From assembly GCF_000400465.1 (NCBI RefSeq), contig NW_008806282.1, forward strand, positions 144,001 through 268,000: DNA of 124,000 bases, in the 5' to 3' direction. Source of the stretch: Wallemia ichthyophaga EXF-994 (Eukaryota > Fungi > Basidiomycota). Shown piece by piece: positions 27,301-38,749 of the stretch. Both the position numbers and the translations under genes were made by a program. The notes below the pieces were generated by a model. The model had not been told where the DNA came from, ran no database searches, and was given only the letters and a program-made list of their open reading frames with translations. How positions within the stretch are numbered: the first letter of the stretch is position 1; each line of letters begins with the position of its first letter.

Positions 27301-28071
27301 TCTCCTGTTGGCTTTCCTCACTCTGAGATATCTTGCTGGCCTGTCCGTCTGTGTTGTTGCTGTTGCTTTTGCTGCTGTTCTTCTGTGCAAACGCTTTCGG
27401 GTGAAGATACACCTGTAGCGAGAGAATGATGGTATCACCACTGCGCAGCGTCTCGTCGCAATCCATCAACGTTCCAGTGAGCTCGATGATCTGCGTAGTG
27501 TTTAGTGTGGTGTTAGCGGGGTGCACTAAACGCAGTAATGATAACGTACCTGCTTATCGAGCAGTCTGCTCAGATACGACGTGTGGTTAGACGGTAGCCT
27601 ACCCACTTCAAACCCGCGCATGTTCCTAAATCTGCGAGGCCAGATTAGAATGGTTGCATGCGGCGATTAGGCTCACCTGATGATAGTGTTTTCTGATTTG
27701 TTTGAAGACTTGGCAGCGAATCCCTTCAAAGTTGATGTTTTGCCCTTGCCATTCTTTCCATTCTTGCCAGTCTTCTCCGCCTGCTTATTCTTATCTCTCT
27801 CTACCAGCACCTGCTCGCCACTGCGGGCATAACCTTTGCCGTTAACAGTGGACCAACCACTAATGATAATCTCGCCAATAAATCGATTATAGCGCGTTTC
27901 ATCTGTTTTCGCCGTTATCTCGACGACGTCTGTGTCTTCTCGACTGAGTTTGTCTTCGTGTTTACGTTTGGCAGGTGTGCTCGCGACTATCTCCAAATCA
28001 CTCTCGGTCTTATTGTTTTCTTCTTCCCACTCATCTCCAGAATCGAAGAAGAGCGGCGTATCTTGCGTCAT
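24367..28071 (-). CDS. RAD5: Rad5 SNF2-family helicase / RING E3 ligase with HIRAN domain
   Basis: HIRAN-like N-terminus, LRNYQKEALSWM, MGMGKT, VIDEAHHIKNR, LTGTPIVNRLEDL, RING (CPVC), SLRAGGVGLNLTSA, QAIDRVHRIGQ. Confidence 0.93.
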
Positions 28072-28167
28072 CAGTGGTCGTTGTCACAAAGAGACAGCCA
28101 CGCGAAACGCCAAATAAAAAATAAATATAAATCCAGCTTAAATAACTTAAATTATAAATCACCTCAA

Positions 28168-30294
28168 TCACCCCTCCATCTCGAGCTTCTTCTGTCGTTT
28201 TTGCCTCTCGCGCTTACCGATTTTCTTCTTCTTGGGTGGTTGAGGTAGTGCAGACGAATCGATATCGCCATCACCCTCGCGCGGCCTCTTTTTACCGTCA
28301 TGCTTATCATGCTTGCGGTGCTTGAAGTCTTTTGAATCTTCTCCCCATGCCGGTCTATCATTATTTACCTTATGTTTGAATTCTCGCACACGCGACATCA
28401 TCCCATTCGCATATTTTCCTTTACCAGAGTTAGCGATTCTATCTTTACGGTAGGGTGCCATTCTCTTCACGCGCATCAGTCGCGTCAGATCTCTGTCATC
28501 TGCCCGGAGTATCTCATCCGTGTTGAGACCATAGCTGTCAGGAACGACGTTTGTGTATTTGAATCTCGTCTTGAGATCTCCAATTGTATCTTCGTAATCG
28601 AGTTTGTAATACTCATCTAGCCACTTTTCAAGAGCTGCTTGTCTTTCCTCTGCTGTTGCTGGCATTGGTTCTTCTTCTTGTGGTTGATGTGTTAAGTGGT
28701 CAGCATCCATATCCATATCAACATCATCTTCATCGTATCCCTCTTTAGTTGCACCCTTGGCATCCGCTTTTGCCTTCTTCTTGGCCTTCTTACGCTCACG
28801 TTTCGACATGGTGACCTTTCCGTCGTTTTGGTCATCTTGGTCATTATAGTCCGCATCCATGTTGATCGGTGTGGAGTCATCCTGTGGGTCATCCTGTGCG
28901 ACGATATCGTCAATATCAATATCATCCTCCCACTGCGGTTTTTCCTCGTCAAATTCACCCTCGTCACCCTCCTCATCATACTCATTCTCATATGCATCCC
29001 GCATAGCTTTATCGTGAGCTTCCGGATCAAACTCTGCATCAAGATCTAAGTGTTCAAATTTGGCAGCATCTTCACCAATAGCAGCAAGACGAGATTTAAT
29101 GTCATCTTTCTTAAGTGATTTGAGACGCTTAAGGTCCTCTTCACGTTGACGCTTTTCAACCTCCTTGCGCTCCTTTTTGGATGCACGCTGTTCTTTCCTC
29201 TTGTTGTCAGAACGACGAACAGTAGATTCAAGTTGTCTTGAGTGGGTTTTGATGTCATCAGCATTGGGTTCTTCAAAGCGAAAGTTATATCTATGTTCAA
29301 AGTCATCTGCATAGTCTTCAAAATCATCGTCATCTTCGAGGAGCTCATTGTCAGCGTTTGCACCGGATAAATTAAAAGAGTGACCCTTTTCAGCAGCTTT
29401 TTGGTTGGAAATTGGGACATCTTTTGGTACAGAGGTTGAAGAACCAGGCATCCAGCCCTGATTCAAGATGTAATCCATTAAAAATTGATCGTCTTTAGCT
29501 TTTTGATAGGCTTTTGAGGGTGTTTTGAGTGATTTTTCTTGGTTGTCTGGTTTTTCAGATTTAGCAGCTTTCTTGGCCAGCTTCTTTTCTTCTTTTGTGG
29601 GATTGGGATTGGATGCGTTGTCGATCTCTTGCTGAGTGCTAGATATACGCACATCATCCAAACCCAAAGCTTTTCTAATCTCATCTTCACCGACGTTATC
29701 GAGGAGGAATTTCTTGTAAGAGTTGCGTGATTGAAAGTCGTCGTCATCTTCAACAGATTTAGGCTTAAGGAAGTCATCTTGGTCTTCGTTGTCGTCATTA
29801 CCGCTGTGAAAAGCGGAAGTTACTTCTTTCTTGAGGTTCCTCTGTTCTTGGGCGTGGGTGGGGAGGGTGACAGGGTTGTTATCGTCATCACCCTCTTCAT
29901 CACTACCAAAATCACCTTTAAGGAGTTTCTGCCTCTCAAAATCAGCGAGGGTAACTGGTTTGCCTGATAATTTGGTACGCTTAGAGGTGAGTTGAGCAGC
30001 TTTATCTTTCAAAGCTGCCTGTTCCTCCTCGAAAACCTTTTTATCAGAGTAGATGGAGGGATCTTTAGATTTTAAGAGAGAGAGAGTTTTGAGGAGAGCA
30101 GCATCGATATCCGGGGTTAGCTGATCGCCCTGCTCATCCTCGTCAGACTGATCACTATCACTCGATTCATCTGATTCCTCCTTGTATTTCTCTTGTAAGC
30201 GCTGTAACTCTGCTCTCTTGTGATTATGTGTAAATCTATCTGCAAATTCCTTGTTTATCGATAAATCATCCACGCCATCCAAATCCAAATCCAT
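28168..30294 (-). CDS. KRI1: 40S biogenesis protein Kri1 (intronless)
   Basis: INKEFADRF, FLMDYILNQGW, FEHRYNFRFEEP, YYKLDYEDTIGDLKTRFKY, YGL..DEIL.ADD.DL. Confidence 0.95.
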   Translation of the reverse strand: MDLDLDGVDDLSINKEFADRFTHNHKRAELQRLQEKYKEESDESSDSDQSDEDEQGDQLTPDIDAALLKTLSLLKSKDPSIYSDKKVFEEEQAALKDKAAQLTSKRTKLSGKPVTLADFERQKLLKGDFGSDEEGDDDNNPVTLPTHAQEQRNLKKEVTSAFHSGNDDNEDQDDFLKPKSVEDDDDFQSRNSYKKFLLDNVGEDEIRKALGLDDVRISSTQQEIDNASNPNPTKEEKKLAKKAAKSEKPDNQEKSLKTPSKAYQKAKDDQFLMDYILNQGWMPGSSTSVPKDVPISNQKAAEKGHSFNLSGANADNELLEDDDDFEDYADDFEHRYNFRFEEPNADDIKTHSRQLESTVRRSDNKRKEQRASKKERKEVEKRQREEDLKRLKSLKKDDIKSRLAAIGEDAAKFEHLDLDAEFDPEAHDKAMRDAYENEYDEEGDEGEFDEEKPQWEDDIDIDDIVAQDDPQDDSTPINMDADYNDQDDQNDGKVTMSKRERKKAKKKAKADAKGATKEGYDEDDVDMDMDADHLTHQPQEEEPMPATAEERQAALEKWLDEYYKLDYEDTIGDLKTRFKYTNVVPDSYGLNTDEILRADDRDLTRLMRVKRMAPYRKDRIANSGKGKYANGMMSRVREFKHKVNNDRPAWGEDSKDFKHRKHDKHDGKKRPREGDGDIDSSALPQPPKKKKIGKRERQKRQKKLEMEG

Positions 30295-30377
30295 CTTCGT
30301 GCTCGTCGTGCTCTTTGAACCCGTAACATCAACTTATAAAATATAAAAATATAAAAAAATAATCAAAATTTAAAATT

Positions 30378-32304
30378 ATGTCCACTGGCTCCACTCGCTC
30401 ATCAGAGGATGGCGATATAGGCACTCTCCCCAGCCCATCTACCTACGACATGGATAGGCTGGTCGACAATGTAAATCTAAAGAGATTCTCTCTTAAGCCC
30501 AGGTATAGTCGGAGGCTATCTAATCACAGATTATCTTATCTTAATCCATCCAATCCATCGAAACCATCCGGGTCATCCAATCTCAGCCCAGTACCTTCAC
30601 AGCCACAGCCACCACCCCCGAAATCGATCGATGAAATTATAAGAACCCATTCACCTCTACTAAACGTTAAAACCCAGGCTGAAAAAGACGCTGACTCTCT
30701 TTTGCCCGATAAGAATCCACCCACTCCGCCCATAAAGTCTATCAATGACATCATCAACCAGCACTACTCCTCTCTATCTAGCAGGCATGTCACCTACGAT
30801 GACAGTGAAAGTGGTGGTGACAGTGGTATTGAAAGTGGTGGTGATGGTGATGGTGATGGTAATAGCGATAGTGAAACTGACAGCCACAAACCCACACCCA
30901 TTCCCACCACTCCTACACCCACTCCCTCCCTCGCCCCCAAATCCTGGATCGCCCAATACCTCCGCCAACCGCAACTAACGCGACTGCTCAAGCTACGCCG
31001 TCATCCCCACTCTGGTCTCCAAGTATCCCTATGCGATTTAGGCGACAGCAGAGGCAACCCTGTTCTAATTTACCTAGGGCTCGGCTGTACGCGTCATCTG
31101 ATAGCGCTCTACGCCGATCTAGCGAGCACGCTCAACCTGCGCCTAATCTGCGTTGACCGGTGGGGGTTAGGCCGCACGGACGCGTCCACCTCTACGCAGC
31201 GAGGGCTACTCGAATGGGCGAGTGTGATAGAGGAGGTTCTCGATAGCCTCCGCATTCAACGCGTAGCCCTTCTCGCTCACTCCGCCGGTGCGCCGTATGC
31301 GCTTGCACTCGCCCACGCCGCTCCCCAACGCATAGCTCTGCCTATCACCCTCCTCGCGCCGTGGGTGCATACGGAGACGCACACCAGTGCTGGTCGCTGG
31401 CTCAGACATGTCCCGAAGCCCCTCCTACGCGCAGCTCAGGTGGCTGAGTGGACAGTCGCCGGCTGGAGTATTGGCAAGCCGCCCCAAGTCAAGTATGAGG
31501 GTGTTGAGGGGGGTGTGGGCTTGAGTGTGGGTGGGGGAGTTAGTGGGACTAGCGACCACAACAACAACAATAACACTAACACCAATGCTCTTGATAGCGG
31601 CGTCGAAAGGAGCCACTCGCATCCTACTGTTCCTACTGTCTCCAAGCTAGCTGGTGCGTATCTTTTTATATTTGCGTTTGAGTGCGTTGAATTCTCATTG
31701 ACCACCCCACACAGCGCACTCAACCCACTCAACACACCCCAGTATCAGGTCCTCCAGCGCTAATAGCGTCAGACGTCTGCGCAAAGTGTCGCTTGTTAAT
31801 AGCAGCCGGAGCAGCAGCAGTAGTAGTAGCAGTGGTGGCAGCATTCGTAGCAGTTATAACAACAACAACGAGAGCAACAAAAATGGCACACATAGGCCAT
31901 TCAATACACTCAACGTGCCCACCACACCAAATGCACCCAACAAACCCATCGCAAACACACTCACTCACAGCGAAGAAAAACAGGTCTCCGTCGGAAGCGC
32001 CCTGCTCGCAGCTTCGCATGCCGAGTCACATTCAGGCGGCGGGCCTGCACATGACCTCCTCCTCATACTCAACCGCGGTGCTAAACCGTGGGGATTCGAT
32101 TACCGGGATATCTCAGCAAGCGTGCACGTCTACTGGGGAGACAAGGACGATAGGATCTCTGAAGATGCCGTGCAATGGATGGAAGAGAACATGACTAGTT
32201 GCAAACTAACTAAACTACCAGGCAAGACGCATTCATTGCTGACTGATCCCATTGTCATTGCAGATGTGTTGGAGAATTTGGCTGACAAGTACAGTACGAG
32301 ATGA
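30378..32304 (+). CDS. Alpha/beta hydrolase with Pro/Ser-rich N-terminus
   Basis: CVDRWGLGRT, nucleophile elbow AHSAGAPY, C-terminal PWGFDY...VYWGDKDDRI...HSLL; intron(s) near 31656-31790. Confidence 0.85.
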
Positions 32305-32398
32305 GTTAGTATAGATAATTGATAATTGATAGACATACCCAAATTAAATTGGATTAATTGTATTTTTACACATACATTACAACTTATATAATTGACAT

Positions 32399-34201
32399 TT
32401 ACTCGGCATTTGCGCGCTCAATATCCACCCAACTCTCCAGCGAGTAGTTGAGTTTGTTGAGGTCCTTCCAATCATGCCGGGCCACTGAGCCCGTTTCATC
32501 CCACTCCCAGGCCGTGCTCATCAAGCTCGCGTCAGTCGGTGACCAGCTGACGTCACGAACGATAGGGCGCCTGGCACGAGCGCGACCGGAAGCAGGAGCA
32601 GAAGTATTTCTGACACTCGCACCAGCCGCTTCAGGTGCGCTAGGATCGTTAAATTCGCCACTCGCATCCACCATATCCAATGCACTCTTACGATCAACAA
32701 CCTGCACTAGCTCACCAGAGACGTTCCAGATATAAATATTCCCATCAGCTGAACCCGAATACACATAGCGACCACCGGTGGTATCGTCCGGGGAGAAGCG
32801 AGCGCGTATGAGGGTGCGCGCGACAGTGTGACCCTGTAGTCTAACGAGGGAGTGATCCTGTGGATGAGCGTCGTACGCGGGTTTGGGTGTGAATGAACTC
32901 CTATAATCGTAACCTGGTATACTGAAGTTTTCCGGTGGGGCTACTTTATCGGAATCGTCGAAATCGTCACTGCTCACCATTCTCCGTAGATCCCAAATAC
33001 GCACAGAGGAGTCTTTACCGTTGGTGAGTACATTTCGCTCGTTGCCTTTCGGAGACACATACGTAATGCCCTCGGTATGTCCAACTAGCACCCCCGATGG
33101 CTTTGCGTGGCTCGTCAATGCACGTCGGTCCCACACCTTGGCCACACAATCGTCCGACCCCGACACGCAGATGTTGGAGGAAACATCAGCGAAACAAACC
33201 GCATTTACATCCGCCATGTGCCCCTCGAGCGAGAGGAGCTTCTTGCGCGCTTCGACGTCGTACACATACATTGTGCCGTCAGCAGCTCCAGCGACTATTT
33301 CCTTGCAGTCACTAGAGAACCTCACAGACCATATTCCATAACCATACCCGTAGTCATCTGCGCCGTCATCGCTGAACGACAGTGGGATAGGCTGGGCGGG
33401 ATTGTTTAGGTTGACAAGATGAGCTACAGGCGAAATGCGCGAATATACCAGCCATTCCTTGTTATGCGACAGGTTGGCATCCGTCACAGTCCATCCGGAG
33501 GGATTGGCGGAGACGCGTGCAAGATAGCCCATAGTAGTCTCATGCTCCTCGACATAAAACTCATCCTCGCCCTGCATGCCCGAGTGAGGTGCCCGCAGAG
33601 GCTCTTGAGGCTTGTAAACGTTAATGTTAAAGTTCCTGTCGGCGGTATAAAAGAGCTGGCCATCGCGGCTGTGCTCGCCGGAGTAGACAGGTGCGTTATT
33701 GCGTGCGACGACACACCCACTCGAGTTAGGCACAACAGCGAGATATTCCGGCCGTAATCGACTCTGCAGTCGTGTCCGATTCCTTATGCTCCCTTGGAGG
33801 GACACGGGCGTGCGTGTGCACCCGAACATGCCACTTTGCGCCAGCTTGACTCCCTCAGGCTGGGTAGTTGACGGTGTGGGGACGTATCGCTGTGACATAT
33901 CGGGCATGCGCGCCTGCCACATTAACCCATCGCCGTCGTCGCTCACGAATACATGTCGACCAGTTCCGGCACGTGCATTGCGAAGGAGCATCTGCAGTAT
34001 CGACAGCCGCGCACCGTGGTCTCCGTCTTCATCAGCTATCTCGTCATTCGTCGAATCCTGCAGTAGCATGTCGTCGAGCAGCGCCTGCGATGAGCGCCGT
34101 TGGAGCACTTGATCCATGTCTATGAAATCATCTGAATCCTCGTCGTAGCTGCCGTCGTAGTAGCTTTCTTCGTCGTCGCTTGCTGCATTTATTTCGCTCA
34201 T
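32399..34201 (-). CDS. WD40 protein DCAF11/WDR23 (LEC14B-like), CRL4 substrate receptor
   Basis: WD repeats (GIWSVRFS, GHMADVNAVCF, SGSDDCVAKVWDRR, GHTEGITYVS, GHTVARTLIRARFSP..YVYSGSADG). Confidence 0.88.
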   Translation of the reverse strand: MSEINAASDDEESYYDGSYDEDSDDFIDMDQVLQRRSSQALLDDMLLQDSTNDEIADEDGDHGARLSILQMLLRNARAGTGRHVFVSDDGDGLMWQARMPDMSQRYVPTPSTTQPEGVKLAQSGMFGCTRTPVSLQGSIRNRTRLQSRLRPEYLAVVPNSSGCVVARNNAPVYSGEHSRDGQLFYTADRNFNINVYKPQEPLRAPHSGMQGEDEFYVEEHETTMGYLARVSANPSGWTVTDANLSHNKEWLVYSRISPVAHLVNLNNPAQPIPLSFSDDGADDYGYGYGIWSVRFSSDCKEIVAGAADGTMYVYDVEARKKLLSLEGHMADVNAVCFADVSSNICVSGSDDCVAKVWDRRALTSHAKPSGVLVGHTEGITYVSPKGNERNVLTNGKDSSVRIWDLRRMVSSDDFDDSDKVAPPENFSIPGYDYRSSFTPKPAYDAHPQDHSLVRLQGHTVARTLIRARFSPDDTTGGRYVYSGSADGNIYIWNVSGELVQVVDRKSALDMVDASGEFNDPSAPEAAGASVRNTSAPASGRARARRPIVRDVSWSPTDASLMSTAWEWDETGSVARHDWKDLNKLNYSLESWVDIERANAE

Positions 34202-34372
34202 CACGGTTCGGTGGCAAAGCCATGACACCATCACAGGCACCAGAGCAATATCGAGAATATGGCGTCTGCATGTGTGTTTGTGTGTATGTTTATGTGTATT
34301 TATATTTATATTTCGCATATTTCGTGTATCGCATATATTATCTGGAACGCATCCACAAGTGTCTCAACATGG

Positions 34373-35533
34373 CTACACCCTCCACTGTCCGTAAAGGATT
34401 CCTCTAGAGATAGAGAACGGTATCATATCAGGCGTACACAGCCCCGAGCTCACGAACTCGTCGAGGAACGGTCTGCTAGTGATGCCTACGAAGATAGCCG
34501 TGTAGATATAACCGAGCAGCTTTCTAGATGAGGTAGCAGGCGACTGCGCGAGTGTGTTCCCGAACACGAGATACTCCACTACAATGCCGACAGCCTGTAC
34601 GACAAAGAAGCAGAACTGACCGCGGCCCAGTCCCGCCAGAACATATGCACCCATCGCGTGACTGGCGCCCGTGAGGCTGAATGCGACTACCAGCTTCACA
34701 GGTACGTGTGCGCGCTCTGGAAACACGCTAGCTATGTTGTCGCCGTAGAATTTGATCGTCTGTCGGAATACACTGTGCCACCCAACAGCCCATAGCCGCC
34801 CTATCGACCACGCTTCAGTTAGGTTGAAGAAGGGCGGCCAGTCGCGCGGACTGCTCACTCCAACACCGACACATACCACCGATGCGCTCAGATTGAACGC
34901 GTTGATGGCAGAGTAAGCGACGCCGCCGAAAAATGCCAAGTGGAATGCTTGTAAGAGGACTGGCTGCGCGGCTATCGGACGCAGTGTGAGTATGTCGTAG
35001 GGCGGAGTGTGCAAGTATGTCTCGAATGCATCTATGATGAGGATGTGCATCGCTATAACAGCAAGACGCTCGGCTATAAACCGCTTCCAAGTCTTGTCAC
35101 CCTCCGTTTCTACACCCTGCTTATCGATCCGACGCGCCCATTTCCAGTGTATGCCGCGTGGATTTGAGAGGAGATCGGCAAAGAACACAATTCTCTCCCA
35201 CAACCCAGCCGGAGGAGGTCGCTCAATTCCCCGCGCATCTAACTTGACGAGCCTTTTCTCCACATCGACGCTAAGCAGATATCCCGCTATCATGAGAGCG
35301 TATATCTGCGCATTGCCAACCATGTACGCACTGATCGGATCGGGTTGGCGGAGATATACCAGTGGATATACTGTCGTGGCGAAACACACGGGTATGCCTA
35401 TGATTCTGCGCAGATGCAGCGGGAGGAATAGCAGCGAGCCTGTTATCACAATATACGGCAGAGGCAATAGCCAGAGAGCTGCCACTGGTTTCGAAGTGTC
35501 CAGCTCGGGTAGCTGCGGTGGTGCGAGCCTCAT
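34373..35533 (-). CDS. Membrane-bound O-acyltransferase, wax-synthase/MBOAT_2 family (intronless)
   Basis: PRGIHWKW, WPPFF..TEAWSIGRLWAVGWHSVFRQ, AFSLTGASHA, FFVVQAVGIVVE. Confidence 0.85.
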   Translation of the reverse strand: MRLAPPQLPELDTSKPVAALWLLPLPYIVITGSLLFLPLHLRRIIGIPVCFATTVYPLVYLRQPDPISAYMVGNAQIYALMIAGYLLSVDVEKRLVKLDARGIERPPPAGLWERIVFFADLLSNPRGIHWKWARRIDKQGVETEGDKTWKRFIAERLAVIAMHILIIDAFETYLHTPPYDILTLRPIAAQPVLLQAFHLAFFGGVAYSAINAFNLSASVVCVGVGVSSPRDWPPFFNLTEAWSIGRLWAVGWHSVFRQTIKFYGDNIASVFPERAHVPVKLVVAFSLTGASHAMGAYVLAGLGRGQFCFFVVQAVGIVVEYLVFGNTLAQSPATSSRKLLGYIYTAIFVGITSRPFLDEFVSSGLCTPDMIPFSISRGILYGQWRV

Positions 35534-35609
35534 AAACGTAAAGAATCAACAATATAATCATTCATCAACACAATCAATACATTCTCCACTGCTTCATTAT
35601 ACTTATTAA

Positions 35610-37652
35610 TCACTTTTCACCATGCGTCGGCTCTATTTTGTCAGCAGCCTTCTCAAGCACGGCCTGCGCGAAAGGCTGTGTTGGACCAGAATGTATTGGG
35701 GACGAGTCACTGTCCACGCGAGGACTCAATACGCCGTCTCTGATAACCAATGGTGGCGGGTCTGTTGGTTTAGGCTCCCAGAATTTGAACGAGCGCGAGT
35801 GAACGCCGTAAGCAGTAGGAACCATCTCGATAAGTTCACCGCGAGGTCTGCGAAAAGGCGTTATTAGGCGATGGTTGACAGATCAGCTTTATGCACCACC
35901 TACATTTCAACGTTTGGAATCTCAGAAGGTGGTAATCCTGTTAGATATGCGATGAGACAACGAATAACAGATCTGCACCTCAAATTAGTTGCGTTCATTC
36001 TCCTCAATATACCGCACTCACGCATGACAAATAATCAACAGATCATCTTGCTCTCTCTCCAATTCGAATATAACAGGCTCGAGTCTGACGCACAAATCGT
36101 GGTATGATTCTCCCCTTGGCGTTCTAAACGAGTAAGGTGCTTTGAGAGACGAATGCCAGTCGTTAGGGAACTGCTCCCTAAACTCCTCTGGACCAACACC
36201 ATCCAAGACACCGGGGTTAATTTCCGACATTTGCGCCCTTTCATGCACTCTATAACCCAATCTCACGAATGGCCATGCGGAGTGATATGAGCGACGGCGA
36301 GTAGATGTCCAGACCTGTATAATGTGATGTAATGCAATGTGAGGTGAGCTTGGTTGAGCAGCTATACGAATCCACCCACCGAGAACTTTCTGTCATTCTT
36401 AGGCGCTCTTGACTCGCCCCTCTCCTTGCGCTTCTGGCGCTGTTTGTCCAGGATGAAATCGGCCAGCTGGCTGGTGCTGTGTTAGGCAAATGCAAGACAA
36501 AGAAAACTAAGCAGCAAACGTACTCGGCATAATCCCAACCAGCTGCAGCTAAATCTGAATCAGCCTTGTACGAGTGCTCGACAATAGACTGCCCATTTCT
36601 TGCAAAGTAAATCGTGCGTGGTTTATTGTGAATGTTCATCAGATAAAAAACAATACGTGACTGTATGTACACCTTAGCGATGTTTTAGCGACAGTAGCCC
36701 AACTCACCTGCAGATATCCTTCAATTTTGTTGACGATAATTCTTTGGCCGGAATTCCATATCTTTACGTAAGGGAATGACTCCTGGACTGTCTCATACTG
36801 GTCCTCGTGTTCGCGAATCCTCTTCCAGTAATCTTGAACTGCTTTTTCTGAGTCCCATTTGTCGTACTTCATAGGGCTGTCAGATGGGGCTATTAAGCAC
36901 CGCTCAACTTACGTCTGGTGAACTGATCTTGACCTGTGAGACATATTAGCACGGCTGCTTGGAAAAACACAACTCAAACGCACATTGCGGATGTTAGCTT
37001 CTACAGTCTCGGCTTGATCGCAGAGGCATTCTGGGCGTTTATTTTGTGAGATGTGTTGTTGATGTCACAGAGTATCACCTACCGAGGAAGATGACATGTA
37101 CACCAAGACCCTCAGAGCCGAAACGCTTAAGAATTTGTTCTCTACCAGCGGCGCCAGAGTTGTTTGCATCATAAATGGCCACCTGACCGCCGTTATTTAC
37201 GAAAAAGTCCTGGATGTTGCCCTGGAGCTCATCGACGACCCTGTCACGGAGCTTCTCAGTCTCTTGTGATTTACCAGTGGGGAGAAAGTAGTCAGGTGGG
37301 AGATCCTTAGCGCGTCCGACAGTCTGGCGTCTGTGGTCGCCGAGGGAGAAAGTGCCAACTTTGACACCAAGCCAGCGAATGTAACGCTCAATAGATCTTG
37401 ATACGTGGGTTTTACCTCTGTAGGGAAATCGTGTGAGATATTACTTCGTAACTAGGCTCACACCCACCTTGCTGGCAGACCTGAGTGGATTCGATTAGAT
37501 TAAGTCATCGATGGAGATATTTAAACGCACCGACAGCGACAATGAGCAGATTTCCTTGGTGCCACAGTTTTCCTGAGCTTGTGGTGTATAACGGGGCTGT
37601 AGAAGCATAAGGCTACGTGTACACTCGCTGCTACTGGCGTCTCACCAGCCAT
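35610..37652 (-). CDS. 6-phosphofructo-2-kinase/fructose-2,6-bisphosphatase
   Basis: Spliced exons give VGLPARGKTH P-loop, AIYDANN, YFARNGQS, RTPRGESYHDLCVRLEPVIFELERE..LLIICH; many introns. Confidence 0.88.
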
Positions 37653-37680
37653 GATTGTATAGGAGGAAGAACTAAATGAA

Positions 37681-38578
37681 TTAATTGCGCTTTGATTGTA
37701 CATATGATTCAGTGTAGTGCAGTACCTTGTCTGCCATTTGATCTGCTGTCGTGTTCTTTCCAAACGCCTCCACAAACTCGCCATTTGGATCCATCAAGTA
37801 CATGAAAATGGAGTGATCAACGAGCTGTGATGGTTTGTTAGGCTGGAGATAGAGTAGAGCCATTTAAACACCCACGTAGTCGTCTTTTGGTGATATATTT
37901 GGCGGTGTAGAGAAGTATACCCTGTATACCTTGCAAGCGGCCTTTACATTCTCCCAAGGACCCGTAAGACCGAGCATACGAGGATGGAAGCCTGTAGTGC
38001 GCTTAGTGTGCATGTTTCTAATTGACGCGTGTCCCACCTTCCAAGTATTTCCGTGTTTGTGCAGTTGTGTCTCTCGCAGGATCGCATGAAATGAAAACAG
38101 GCTGAACAATCTGACCGAGTTTAGCATCTTGGAAGTGCATGAGATTCGCCTGTATTCAAGCACATCGTTCTACCCACCGACTTTGTCAACTACAGCGCCC
38201 ATTTTGTCCAACTCATCGGGGCAAATATCCGGGCAATTGGTGAATCCAAAGTAGACGAGACTAAATCTGCCAAGAAGATCCTCGTGTGTCACGCTGTTTT
38301 CAGTCTTTGCGTCTATCAGATTGAATGGGCCACCGATCTTTGGCTTTCCGAGTTTCTCAGACTCGCTGGTTTTGCGCTCTAAAGAAGCGTCAGCGGCGAG
38401 AGCAGATAGCAGTAAACAACCAACTTTTGCTCTCCTCGACTTGTGCCTTTGCTTTGTTGAAATACCAGTAGAGACCAGCGCCGGTGCCGACGAAGAGGGA
38501 AGCAGAGATCCAATTAAATGGCTGTGTAGAGTACCAATGAGAATATGAAAGCATGGAAAACACCACGCACGCCGACAT
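37681..38578 (-). CDS. SCO1: Cytochrome c oxidase copper chaperone Sco1
   Basis: TM segment LFVGTGAGLYWYF, KIGGPF.L, YFGFTNCPDICPDELDKM, YRVYFSTPP, LVDHSIFMYLMDPNGEFVEAFG. Confidence 0.93.
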
Positions 38579-38749
38579 ACGCCTTATCTCTCTGCTGAGA
38601 TTTAGACTGTATCCATCTCCTCGAAGCAGCTCGATTGAGATTGCCAGTTACATTTATACGCCCAGCACGCTTAAGTAAATTATTATATTTTAACATATAT
38701 CCTTCTTGGTCTCCTACTACAACGAGTATTTTCACGTTAAGTATTCCAG

